A stretch of 64,000 nt of DNA, from assembly GCA_964537315.1 (NCBI GenBank), contig CAZIAP010000003.1, positions 463 through 64,462 of the forward strand, read 5' to 3'. Below are positions 17,851 through 26,761 of the stretch, piece after piece. The stretch is from an uncultured Gammaproteobacteria bacterium (lineage in GTDB: Bacteria; Patescibacteriota; Microgenomatia; Levybacterales; GWA1-39-11). Under the pieces are notes generated by a model. The model did no database searches and was not told the DNA's origin. It saw only the letters and a list, made by a program, of their open reading frames with translations. The position numbers and the translations under genes are program-made. Numbering within the stretch: position 1 is the stretch's first letter; each line of letters opens with the position of its first letter.

Positions 17851-19182
17851 TTATCGGCGTCGACGTTGTCTGTTGATAGTTCGGACCTGAGACTTTTCTT
17901 CCTCAACCTCTTCGTTCTCTGATACCTCAGTATCTCGACTACGCATGAGGATAAGGATTCCCAGAGTCAAAAGTCCGAATACAACGGCTGCTGCTACAGG
18001 AGGGAACCAAAGGTAAGCTTCGCGACCGAAGTCCATCTCGACGTCCGCTATAAACAAATAGAGTCCGATGAGAAAGAAGACTACGGCTGCGATGACTGCT
18101 GCCGCACCTGCAATACTTAGCAAGTTGCTAGCAATCACACTTTTGGTTGCTTGACGCACCTCCCGAATAGCTGTTGAAGCCATTCGTTTGGCTTCTTTCA
18201 ATCCCTCATCTAGCTGTCCTATATGGACTGTATGCTGATTAAGGGTACGTTGTTGGTCTTCTTGAACTCGATCAGTTTCTTGAAATTTCTCTGCCGTTGT
18301 TTGAAGAAGACTGCGTATGTCGCCGATTTCCCGTTCATGCCGAGTAATCGACGTGTCGTGCTTATCCACTTGTTCGAAGCGAGTTTTGAATTCGTTTCTC
18401 ATAGAGCGGATTTCATCTAACACCGGATCTGTTTCTATAGGTGCTGGAGTGATATACACTTGAACGCCGATTCTAGCCACATCCCCTTGACTGTCTTTTA
18501 CTTCCACGACAAATGCATGCCGTCCAGTTTCTAACCCCTTTGTGGAGCCAGAGATATGACCGTTCTGGTAGAGGTGAAGACCAGGCGGAATTTGTTCCGC
18601 ACTCCAATGGTACGGAGGAGTTCCACCTTCCACCTCAAGAGTTCTATTGAGGAACTCTCCTTGACGAATCTCAACGACATTATCCCCAAATACTCTCAAT
18701 GGTTCGGGTTCTTCAGCAATAACGACAGGAGTAGTTTCTTCTGTCATTTCTTCCCCCTCATCTTCTTCAGGACCACCAACAGTATAGGTAGTGGCCTTAA
18801 TTTCCGGTTCTTCCGCCATTTCTTCCTCCTCTTTAACTTCCTCAGGTTCAGGAAGTGGTATGGGTTCAATGGTTTTCCGTACAGGAATCGGTTGATAATC
18901 CGCTACAGCTTCCTTATCTGGCTTGAGGTTGATGAATATGTTTATTCTATTCCTCAAGATGGACTTTGTACCTTTCGTACTAAGTCCCAGCTTTGCTGCA
19001 GCGGTGCGTATCGGTCGATAAGTGAGATCAGGATCATTGATATAATCCTGAAGTTCAGCCCATGTCATAGGTGGTTGAACGCGTATAGTCGTAGGCTTTC
19101 TTGTTGCCTTTCTACTACGAACTATTGCACTAACGATGCCGATTCCAAGTAGGAGTGAAATGATCTTTTTAGCTTTCTCCAA
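17851..19182 (-). CDS. Membrane protein: SAP-like motif, acidic linker, putative Ig (He_PIG-like) domain, coiled coil, two C-terminal TM helices
   Basis: AAKLGLSTKGTKSILRNRI; GGTPPYHWS...PPGLHL...GHISG...VEVKDSQG; hydrophobic C-terminus. Confidence 0.8.
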   Translation of the reverse strand: MEKAKKIISLLLGIGIVSAIVRSRKATRKPTTIRVQPPMTWAELQDYINDPDLTYRPIRTAAAKLGLSTKGTKSILRNRINIFINLKPDKEAVADYQPIPVRKTIEPIPLPEPEEVKEEEEMAEEPEIKATTYTVGGPEEDEGEEMTEETTPVVIAEEPEPLRVFGDNVVEIRQGEFLNRTLEVEGGTPPYHWSAEQIPPGLHLYQNGHISGSTKGLETGRHAFVVEVKDSQGDVARIGVQVYITPAPIETDPVLDEIRSMRNEFKTRFEQVDKHDTSITRHEREIGDIRSLLQTTAEKFQETDRVQEDQQRTLNQHTVHIGQLDEGLKEAKRMASTAIREVRQATKSVIASNLLSIAGAAAVIAAVVFFLIGLYLFIADVEMDFGREAYLWFPPVAAAVVFGLLTLGILILMRSRDTEVSENEEVEEEKSQVRTINRQRRRR

Positions 19183-19325
19183 CTGATTTTTCCCTTCGTT
19201 TGGTTAAGGTTAATTCCGACTCTTGGCAGAGTGCATCAGAAGATGCGCTTTTCCAAGTACCGGAGTTGGCAGCCTGAGAGAGTTTTCCGACTGCCAAATC
19301 CGGCACCTGATGCCAAGAATATTTT

Positions 19326-19350
19326 TGCGTTTCTCGTTTGTTAAGGAGCA
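19326..19350 (-). promoter_or_regulatory. boxA-like motif plus leader arm L4 at the head of the array
   Basis: Minus strand TGCTCCTTAACAA (one mismatch to rrn boxA TGCTCTTTAACAA) running into ACGAGAAACGCA, complementary to 16644-16657. Confidence 0.75.
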
Positions 19351-19558
19351 ATTGCGTAGCAAGTTGCGACGCATCCGCCTCTGGCGGAAAAGCTCAATTT
19401 ATGTAATGACTCCCCGTTCTCTGCGCAATGCAGGTACGAGCATCAAACATAAAATTCCAAGACTTTATGAGTCTAGGGAGAGTAGCTTTTGTATTTGCGG
19501 TTGGACGTGCGAGTAGGTATTTTAAGCAACTCTCTCTATACTCATGAGTACGTTTAGG

Positions 19559-20251
19559 TTAGCGGGTAGCCTTACGGTTCAGGAAGAGACCAAGCGCTCC
19601 TGCCGGAATGAGTGCTGCAAGTGAAAGAATACCAGCTCCTGTCTGAGGAGTTTGTTTTAGTGGTGGAGTTTGCTGAACAACTGGTCCTCCATCTTTTTGT
19701 GGCTGATTTTTTTCAATACATAGCTGTGTAGAGTCTGTAGCAGAGTGACCGTTCTGAGTAGCACGCACGTTATTAACAACACAAGTTACTGATCTGTCAG
19801 TAGGCAGATTATTACTTTCTGCAGCTTTAACAGTGATTGTTCCTGTATGTGACTGTCCTGGATTAAGTCTTTCAAGAGAGTAGGTAACTTCTTTTCCATT
19901 ATTTCTTCCTCCACTTACCCATGTAAGGTGGTCTGGAAGAGTATCGACTACATTGATATTTTCAATAGTGGTATCTCCGGTATTTTTGATGATAATACGA
20001 AAAGCAATTGTGGCACCCGGAGCAAATTTTTCGTCATTTGCACCAAGGTTATTTACAAATTCTCCGCCTTTAGTAGGTTTTTGAACCTGTTTATCAATAT
20101 TGAAAGAGATTCTCTCATCGCAGATTTCTCCACCGTAGTATCCTCCACCGTAAATAACTTCACATTTAGATCCTCCTGCATTTACCACAGAAGCGGCTCC
20201 TGCGAAGAGTGCAGTTGTTACAAAAAAGAGTGATGTACGTTTAAAATTCAT
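19559..20251 (-). CDS. Secreted DUF11-like domain protein with a C-terminal sortase-type anchor; probable start 20251
   Basis: Signal peptide; FRIIIKNTG...VVDTLPDHLTWVSG; TPQTG followed by hydrophobic helix and basic tail. Confidence 0.82.
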   Translation of the reverse strand: MNFKRTSLFFVTTALFAGAASVVNAGGSKCEVIYGGGYYGGEICDERISFNIDKQVQKPTKGGEFVNNLGANDEKFAPGATIAFRIIIKNTGDTTIENINVVDTLPDHLTWVSGGRNNGKEVTYSLERLNPGQSHTGTITVKAAESNNLPTDRSVTCVVNNVRATQNGHSATDSTQLCIEKNQPQKDGGPVVQQTPPLKQTPQTGAGILSLAALIPAGALGLFLNRKATR

Positions 20252-20347
20252 ATTATTTGATTGTTTATCGACTTGTACACTGCCCAGTGCAAGATATAAA
20301 TATAACAATGTAATAGGACAGTAAGATTACTTAATTGACTGCTTGGC

Positions 20348-20377
20348 AGTATAACATAGGCATTTGCTCGGTGTCAA
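20348..20377 (-). promoter_or_regulatory. Sigma70 promoter for the DUF11 gene, possibly also driving the surface-protein array
   Basis: Minus strand TTGACA-18 nt-TATACT with extended TG. Confidence 0.7.
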
Positions 20378-20561
20378 GTACTATAAGCCATTTTAATGTA
20401 GCGATATTATATTTACTATAAGACGCCGAGTTGACGATTAATACTCAATACTATGAGGTTTTAAGTCTAATATGGTAAATTTGCTTTACTGAGTAAGCTA
20501 ATAAACACGAAATATTAACTAGCATTTCTTACCAAATGCTCATTTAATAATAGAAGAGGTC

Positions 20562-20591
20562 TTGACAAATGTATTATGAGGTAGTTACAAT
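20562..20591 (+). promoter_or_regulatory. Sigma70 promoter of rho
   Basis: TTGACA-18 nt-TACAAT. Confidence 0.65.
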
Positions 20592-20711
20592 TAGGAAAGC
20601 TCGGATGAGCAAACCTCATCTATAGCACAAACTACTTCCCAAATGGAAAATCACACTTGTTCCCTGAAAGAGTAAGTTCTGTTTCAAAATAATCAATACT
20701 ACTGCAATTTT

Positions 20712-21941
20712 ATGCCTAGAATAGTAAAAGAAAAAGAAGAAAAACCAGAAGATAAAGTATCTGAGGTTTCTGATGTGGCTGTCGAAGAGACTCCAACCGG
20801 TAATGGTAAAGGGTACGAATCTCGCATGGAAGACAAAGCATCCGAAGTGGTATCAGGTATTTTAGATATTCAGCGCGAAGGTCATGGTTTCTTGCGCCCC
20901 AAATTCCGTCCTTCTGATAAAGATATCTATATTTCCTCATCTCAAATTCGTCGTTTCTGGCTTCGCCCAGGAGATAATGTAAAAGGAGTGGGACGGCCAC
21001 CAAAGGATAATGAGAGGTACTATGGTCTACTCAAGATCGAAGAAGTAAATGGAAAACAGCCTGAAGTTTCGACTAAAAGACCTTATTTTGAAGACTTAAC
21101 TCCTATTTATCCGATAGAGCAGATTAAGCTCTCAACAAAGAAATTCCCAATCTCAACAAGAGTGATAGATATCGCGGCTCCAATTGGCTTTGGTCAGCGT
21201 GGTATGATTGTTTCCCCTCCAAAAGCTGGAAAAACGACTATCCTAAAAGATCTTGCTCATGGTGTATCTGAAAATTTTCCTAAGGCACATCTTATGGCTG
21301 TTTTGATTGGAGAGCGACCTGAAGAGGTTACAGATATCTCTCGCAGTGTTAAAGGAGAGGTAGTTGCTTCAAATTTTGATGAATCTCCAGAAACACAGAC
21401 CCGTATTGCAGAAATTGCTCTAGATAGAGCAAAGAGATTGGTTGAGATGGGAGAAGATGTTGTAATCTTGCTCGATTCAATTACCAGGCTAGCTCGTGCA
21501 TATAACTTATCTATTGATCCGTCAGGACGTACGCTCACAGGAGGTTTTGACCCTGCAGCACTTTATCCTGCTAAGCGCATTTTTGGTGCAGCAAGAAAAT
21601 GTGAAGAGGGTGGATCTTTGACCATTATTGGAACAGCATTGGTAGATACCGGATCACGCATGGATGATCTTATTTACGAAGAATTCAAAGGTACCGGAAA
21701 CATGGAGTTGCACCTAGACAGAAGACTTGCTGAGAGACGAATCTTCCCAGCAATCAATGTAGAACGATCAGGCACGCGCCAAGAGCACTTGCTCATTCCA
21801 GAAAAAGATCTGCAGAAAGTAATGACTATGCGTCGTATGATGGACATCTTGGGTCCGGATGAGCGTACTGATGTCCTAATTGAACGTCTATCCAAAACTG
21901 AGTCTAACCGTGAGTTCCTCGATAATCTTGGTAAGGATTAG
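20712..21941 (+). CDS. rho: Transcription termination factor Rho
   Basis: GFLR...DIYISSSQIRRF, PPKAGKTT, LLDSITRLARAYN, EEFKGTGNMELHL. Confidence 0.98.
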   Translation: MPRIVKEKEEKPEDKVSEVSDVAVEETPTGNGKGYESRMEDKASEVVSGILDIQREGHGFLRPKFRPSDKDIYISSSQIRRFWLRPGDNVKGVGRPPKDNERYYGLLKIEEVNGKQPEVSTKRPYFEDLTPIYPIEQIKLSTKKFPISTRVIDIAAPIGFGQRGMIVSPPKAGKTTILKDLAHGVSENFPKAHLMAVLIGERPEEVTDISRSVKGEVVASNFDESPETQTRIAEIALDRAKRLVEMGEDVVILLDSITRLARAYNLSIDPSGRTLTGGFDPAALYPAKRIFGAARKCEEGGSLTIIGTALVDTGSRMDDLIYEEFKGTGNMELHLDRRLAERRIFPAINVERSGTRQEHLLIPEKDLQKVMTMRRMMDILGPDERTDVLIERLSKTESNREFLDNLGKD

Positions 21942-22111
21942 AATTGACACTATTGCTTCGTAAATTGACCTAAATTTCATTTTTTATTTATTGGTGCTTA
22001 TTTAGATTAGGATAATTAGTAATTAGAAATTTCAACTTTGCAAGCAGAGTTGTGCTAGCTTCGATTGACTTTAAAGTAAGACTTTGGTAAGCTTGAAACT
22101 GATCGACCCGA

Positions 22112-23284
22112 ATGATCAAGAAAGTCCCTGTTTCAAAGCTTGCCCGTAATTTGTCCAGGCTCTCTACTGAGTCTATCTTTGCGCAGACTATTATCCAAGT
22201 TTCCCGATTTACACACGATTTCTCAGATTTCACCCGGTTTTTTTATGGGTATAATACTTCAAAAGTAGTCGCATTTTCACGGCTATTCGAAGGTAATAAA
22301 AACAGAGTAGTTAAAAATGTACTTATTAAACGAGGAAAGCGTAATCGTATGTTTCTCCATGTTTCAGCCATGGGAGTACTATCCGTAGGGATTACAATAT
22401 CTCCATTCATCTCAGATTCTGACTTACTTTCTAAAGGTGCTGCCGATCTTACTTACGCGCAAGAGGAAGCAGAATCAGTTCTAGCCTCAGAAGACGTTTT
22501 TCATACCCAAGCTTCAGAAAAGCCACGTGACGAGATATTGGATTATACAGTGCAAAAAGGAGACACTGTGTCGACAATCGCCAAACGTTTCGGGTTGGAC
22601 TCAGATACTTTGCGATGGGCAAATGATATCAAAAACGACAATATTACAGTAGGAGATACAATAAAAATTCTACCTGTGCCAGGAATTGCACATAAAGTAG
22701 AGCGGGGAGACACAGTATACTCAATCGCGGAGACTTATTCTTCTAACCCTCAAGCTATTGTTGACTTTCCATTTAATGACTTTGCAAATCCACAAACATT
22801 TTCGCTGGTAGAGGGTCAAATGGTGATCGTACCTGACGGAATAAAGCCTGAAGAGAAAAACAATTACACACCACGTCAACCTAGGTACGTAGCACGATCA
22901 GGTAACGAGGCTGTAGTTGGAGGCTTCGCTTGGCCTGTACGCGGTACGATGAATCAATATTATTCATGGTATCATCGTGGACTTGATCTTGGTGCTTCGG
23001 TGGGTACACCAGTACTGGCTGCAACTAACGGCACTGTTTCTCAGGTTTACACTAGCGGGTGGAACGGAGGATACGGAGTTCACGTAATTGTCTCTGGATC
23101 AAATGGATACTCATCACTTTACGCACATTTATCTTCTGTTAACGTCTCTCCTGGAGATCCTGTAACTGCAGGTAGCTCAGTGCTGGGTTGGGTGGGAATG
23201 ACCGGAAGAACAACAGGACCTCATCTTCACTTTGAGCTTATGGGTGCAGGAGGAGCAGTAGACCCACTGGCATTCCTGAGATAA
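22112..23284 (+). CDS. LysM-domain M23 family peptidase
   Basis: Two LysM repeats (YTVQKGDTVSTIA, HKVERGDTVYSIA); HRGLD, YAHL and TGPHLHFE motifs. Confidence 0.93.
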   Translation: MIKKVPVSKLARNLSRLSTESIFAQTIIQVSRFTHDFSDFTRFFYGYNTSKVVAFSRLFEGNKNRVVKNVLIKRGKRNRMFLHVSAMGVLSVGITISPFISDSDLLSKGAADLTYAQEEAESVLASEDVFHTQASEKPRDEILDYTVQKGDTVSTIAKRFGLDSDTLRWANDIKNDNITVGDTIKILPVPGIAHKVERGDTVYSIAETYSSNPQAIVDFPFNDFANPQTFSLVEGQMVIVPDGIKPEEKNNYTPRQPRYVARSGNEAVVGGFAWPVRGTMNQYYSWYHRGLDLGASVGTPVLAATNGTVSQVYTSGWNGGYGVHVIVSGSNGYSSLYAHLSSVNVSPGDPVTAGSSVLGWVGMTGRTTGPHLHFELMGAGGAVDPLAFLR

Positions 23285-23290
23285 GAAAAG

Positions 23291-23330
23291 CGCTGAACAA
23301 CGCAGAACAAAACGCTGAAATTACGCAGAA
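23291..23330. repeat. Left arm of imperfect inverted repeats made of CGCWGAA units flanking the GxxExxY gene
   Basis: CGCTGAACAACGCAGAACAAAACGCTGAAATTACGCAGAA. Confidence 0.7.
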
Positions 23331-23716
23331 TCTTTCTGACGGGCAGTGTCATAAACCTTTCTGATAATTTTTACTCCATCTGTCTCTCCGAAGTTAATGA
23401 GAAAACCTAACTTATAAGAAGAATTCTTTAGATAATACCAAAACTGAGAGATGTCTTCTTTGTGAATAAATGGTTTTGCTTTAAGTTCGAGTATGATAGA
23501 GTTGTTTACCACTATGTCGGGAGTATACACTCCTACTTTAACTCCTAAATGGTATATTGCAAGTTGCTTCTCTCTTTCAATAGATAATTTTTGACGTTTT
23601 AGCTCTTCAGCCAATGCTCTCTGATATATGGACTCTTTTTGAGTATTGTGAAATTTCTTGTAAATGATAAAGCATGAACCTCTAATACTATATGACTCAT
23701 GAGGATATAGGAGCAT
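23321..23716 (-). CDS. GxxExxY family (PD-(D/E)XK-like) protein
   Basis: ESIYQRAL, PDIVVNNSIILELKA, YLK...LGFLINFG. Confidence 0.9.
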   Translation of the reverse strand: MLLYPHESYSIRGSCFIIYKKFHNTQKESIYQRALAEELKRQKLSIEREKQLAIYHLGVKVGVYTPDIVVNNSIILELKAKPFIHKEDISQFWYYLKNSSYKLGFLINFGETDGVKIIRKVYDTARQKDSA

Positions 23717-23748
23717 ATAATGTCATAGTATCAGAAATAATGAGTGTA

Positions 23749-23788
23749 TTCAGCACTAATTCTGCGTTTCATTCCGCGTTGTTCTGCG
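23749..23788. repeat. Right arm of the inverted repeats flanking the GxxExxY gene
   Basis: Reverse complement reads CGCAGAACAACGCGGAATGAAACGCAGAATTAGTGCTGAA. Confidence 0.7.
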
Positions 23789-23797
23789 AAACTTATT

Positions 23798-25930
23798 TTA
23801 CCTCGCGCTTCCTGTAGCTTCATTTGGACGTTCAGCTGCCGGTCCCTGTGGAGGAGGAGAGACCTCTATTGGGTTATCTGATGGTGGGAACTGCTGGCTT
23901 GGTTGGTTTACTTCCAGTGGATCCTGATTGTCTGATGGTTCTACGTCTGTCGGAGCCTCAGGTTGAGTTTGCGCACGAGCTTGAAGAGCTTCAATTTCCT
24001 CGTCAATCTGTTTTACGCTTTCAGGATCGTTTGCTATCAGTTGTCGTACAATTTGGTAATTTGTGAGAGCATTCTGATAATCTTGTTTAGCTTCATATGC
24101 GTGTCCAAGGTTGTAGTAAGCATTTGCATAATCATTTTTTAGTGAGACTGCGATCTGGAACTGATTGATAGCCTGATCGTATGCTTGTAGCTGATAGAAG
24201 ATGCCTCCAAGAGCAATATATAGACGAGGGTTATATGGATAAAGTCTTATAGCTTGCTGTAATGAAGCAACTGCGAATTGCTCTGCGTTCTGTCCTACAC
24301 CGATAAGGGATCTATATACCTGAGATAAATTCTCCCAGTTTGCCGGTGTCATAGGTGAGAGGGTTGCAGCAGCTCGTGCACTGTTAATTGATTGCTGCAG
24401 TAGAGCTAAAATAGTTTGCTGCTGTTGTGCGCTAGGAGATGCACCTTGTAAATTAGTTACCAGTGAGTTTGCCAATGCTAAGTTTACTTGTGAGAACACT
24501 CTATAATAGTCTGCTTTGTATGGGAATCCGTTCAAACTGTTTGGATCCATAGCGGCTCTTTGCAGGTCATATGTTTGTTGGCCTGAGGTAAGCGCATCTT
24601 GCTGCAGTGACTTTGCAAAAGTAATGTCTGACAAAAGCAATCTTGTTCCAAAGAAGCCAACAAATCCAGTGATAGCAAGGGCAAGTACCACTGCAATCAC
24701 TGGGAAAGCAAGACCTTCTGTACGTGCACGATGTCGAGAAGCTTCTGCTTCAGATTCAAAAGCAAAGAGTCCTTGTTTGAAAGCAACTAGGGAGATAACA
24801 ACATCGTCAACTCTTTTATCACCCTCTAAGAATAGGTAGACACAATAGAATGCTAAGAGTACAAATAGTAGAGTTACTAATGTGAATGAGTAAGGGATTA
24901 ATGCTGATAGTACGAAAGCGGTTACTACTGCGATAAATAGTGGGCTGATTGGGTTTGTTCTGGTCTTGATGGTTCGCAAAAAGATGAATAAGAATGAGAT
25001 GATACCGAGTACGCCGACTGTTGAAACTAGCTCAAGCAGGTATGATGATGAGAATGAGAAGGAAAGATTCCAAAGATTTTGCTCCAGGTTGAAGGCAAGT
25101 GGTTGAAAACGGGTAAAGTCAACAAGGTAAGTACCGTATCCTGATCCGAAAAGGAAGGATAGTAGCATACGTCCCGTATCCTGTGCAATAGAAGCAAGAG
25201 CGATCTGGAAACCATAATTAAATGGTAGTACAATCGGCTTTTCAGGAAGAGCAGCAACTTTATATATAGTAAGTGCAATACCAAGGATAATAAGTACAGA
25301 AGAAACTACGTGGATCAAAAGATTATAGTCACGACCAAACTCTTTTAAGCTGCCTGCTTTGTAGCGTTTCCACACATAAATACCTGACAGAAGTACTATA
25401 GGTAGTAAGTATGCAATGTGTTGTACGGGTGAACCAAATGTTGTGAAATACTGAGATTGAATTGCAGGAAACGGAAATACGAATAGGTTGAAAAAGTAGA
25501 GCAATGAAATTATGGACGATGCAACAGCTCCTAACATTAACGCAGAAAGTGCAACATTAAAGGCATTACGGTTATCTATAGTATTAATAGTTGCAAAGTA
25601 GAATAGAAGAGCGAGCAGAAGCGGTACCGCCTGAATAAGCGAGTCATAAGTGTTTGGAGAGATTAGAGATGAAACGAGTACAACTGCGCCAAACAAGAAA
25701 ATCGGTAGATTAAAAGGTGAAGTTCTAATAATAATTTTTCTTTCAAAATATGATCGTACTGCCCATAATATAAGTAGTGCAAGAGTGGCAAACATCATCA
25801 ATACCTGCTTGGGATAGATGAAAAAATCAGTAGTATTAACCATGAAGAACAAAGGAAGTAAAAAGAGAGAAGCTGCAATAATTAAAAGAGAAATCGACTT
25901 AGTGTACTGGATCGCTTCGGTATTTTTCAT
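23798..25930 (-). CDS. Polytopic membrane protein (O-antigen-ligase-like) with C-terminal TPRs; probable start 25930
   Basis: Many TM helices, LFGSGYGTY loop, TPR motifs (YANAYYNLGHAY); promoter TTGACA-18-TACTGT at 25942-25971. Confidence 0.82.
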   Translation of the reverse strand: MKNTEAIQYTKSISLLIIAASLFLLPLFFMVNTTDFFIYPKQVLMMFATLALLILWAVRSYFERKIIIRTSPFNLPIFLFGAVVLVSSLISPNTYDSLIQAVPLLLALLFYFATINTIDNRNAFNVALSALMLGAVASSIISLLYFFNLFVFPFPAIQSQYFTTFGSPVQHIAYLLPIVLLSGIYVWKRYKAGSLKEFGRDYNLLIHVVSSVLIILGIALTIYKVAALPEKPIVLPFNYGFQIALASIAQDTGRMLLSFLFGSGYGTYLVDFTRFQPLAFNLEQNLWNLSFSFSSSYLLELVSTVGVLGIISFLFIFLRTIKTRTNPISPLFIAVVTAFVLSALIPYSFTLVTLLFVLLAFYCVYLFLEGDKRVDDVVISLVAFKQGLFAFESEAEASRHRARTEGLAFPVIAVVLALAITGFVGFFGTRLLLSDITFAKSLQQDALTSGQQTYDLQRAAMDPNSLNGFPYKADYYRVFSQVNLALANSLVTNLQGASPSAQQQQTILALLQQSINSARAAATLSPMTPANWENLSQVYRSLIGVGQNAEQFAVASLQQAIRLYPYNPRLYIALGGIFYQLQAYDQAINQFQIAVSLKNDYANAYYNLGHAYEAKQDYQNALTNYQIVRQLIANDPESVKQIDEEIEALQARAQTQPEAPTDVEPSDNQDPLEVNQPSQQFPPSDNPIEVSPPPQGPAAERPNEATGSAR

Positions 25931-26000
25931 GATGTATATCAACAGTAGCACACTTTTGAAATGCTTGTCAAGAACAAGATTAAGGCTAAAAACGAGCAAA

Positions 26001-26036
26001 TAGGGGTTGACCCCCTTTTAGGGGTTTCAACCCCTA
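26001..26036. repeat. REP-like palindrome at the 3' end of the transposase gene
   Basis: TAGGGGTTGA-CCCCC-TTTTA-GGGG-TT-TCAACCCCTA. Confidence 0.7.
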
Positions 26037-26686
26037 AATATGTCTTTCTCAATAATTTGAGGCTTAACTTTAAGAAAAGATTCTTTGTGTGATTGGGTAT
26101 CAGCAACAAAATCCTTATACTGACTTGGAGAAGAGAAAAAGGAAAGTATTAATCTTTTGTTACAAAAGCTATCCTGTGAGCGATCCAGGTACTCACGAAA
26201 GCTTGACCATTGATAGTTTTCTGCCACAATGCCCTGTGTAAACTCAGGGTGGTAATGAATAAAGCGTGAAAGCTCAAGAATCTGATTGTCGTTATCAAGT
26301 GCAGCGGCTCGATATCTACCATGCATGAGTCGTCCGAAACGCTTATACTTTTTATTGTAATACTCTGTGTAGGCATTATTTACTTGTTTCATAAAGCGTG
26401 GGATTGAGTCTTTGTCACTTTGGCGTAGTAAGAGATGAAAATGATCTGGAAGCAAACAATAACCGAATGCATCAATTTCCTCAGACATATTTTTAATTTG
26501 GAGCCTGAATGGTAAGGTCGGATAGGCATTTAAAACTTGCTTGAGCGGTTTAAGGTATATATAAATATAAAATAGAAAAGTCCTATAATCGTCTTCATCC
26601 TGAAACATGTGAGTATCAACACTTTTATTATATATATGGTAAGTTACTCCTTCAGAAAAATTTCTAACGATGTATTTAGAGGGCAT
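26027..26686 (-). CDS. REP-associated tyrosine transposase (RAYT, IS200-like Y1 HUH family)
   Basis: YHIYNK, YCLLPDHFHLLL (HUH), YTEYYNKKYKR, YQWSSF. Confidence 0.88.
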   Translation of the reverse strand: MPSKYIVRNFSEGVTYHIYNKSVDTHMFQDEDDYRTFLFYIYIYLKPLKQVLNAYPTLPFRLQIKNMSEEIDAFGYCLLPDHFHLLLRQSDKDSIPRFMKQVNNAYTEYYNKKYKRFGRLMHGRYRAAALDNDNQILELSRFIHYHPEFTQGIVAENYQWSSFREYLDRSQDSFCNKRLILSFFSSPSQYKDFVADTQSHKESFLKVKPQIIEKDIFRG

Positions 26687-26761
26687 GAGGTTAGTATAGA
26701 TAATCTATGATTCAGGATTCAAGCTTATTAAGCTGTTCTTGCAAATCCTCTTATGAAGGTA

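Noticed and set aside
12634-19350. Integron cassette array, CRISPR array or shufflon
   Set aside because: No integrase, recombinase or cas gene in the window, no clear attC R''/R' boxes, repeats are separated by whole genes and all genes are co-oriented; DNA inversion is not fully excluded without reads
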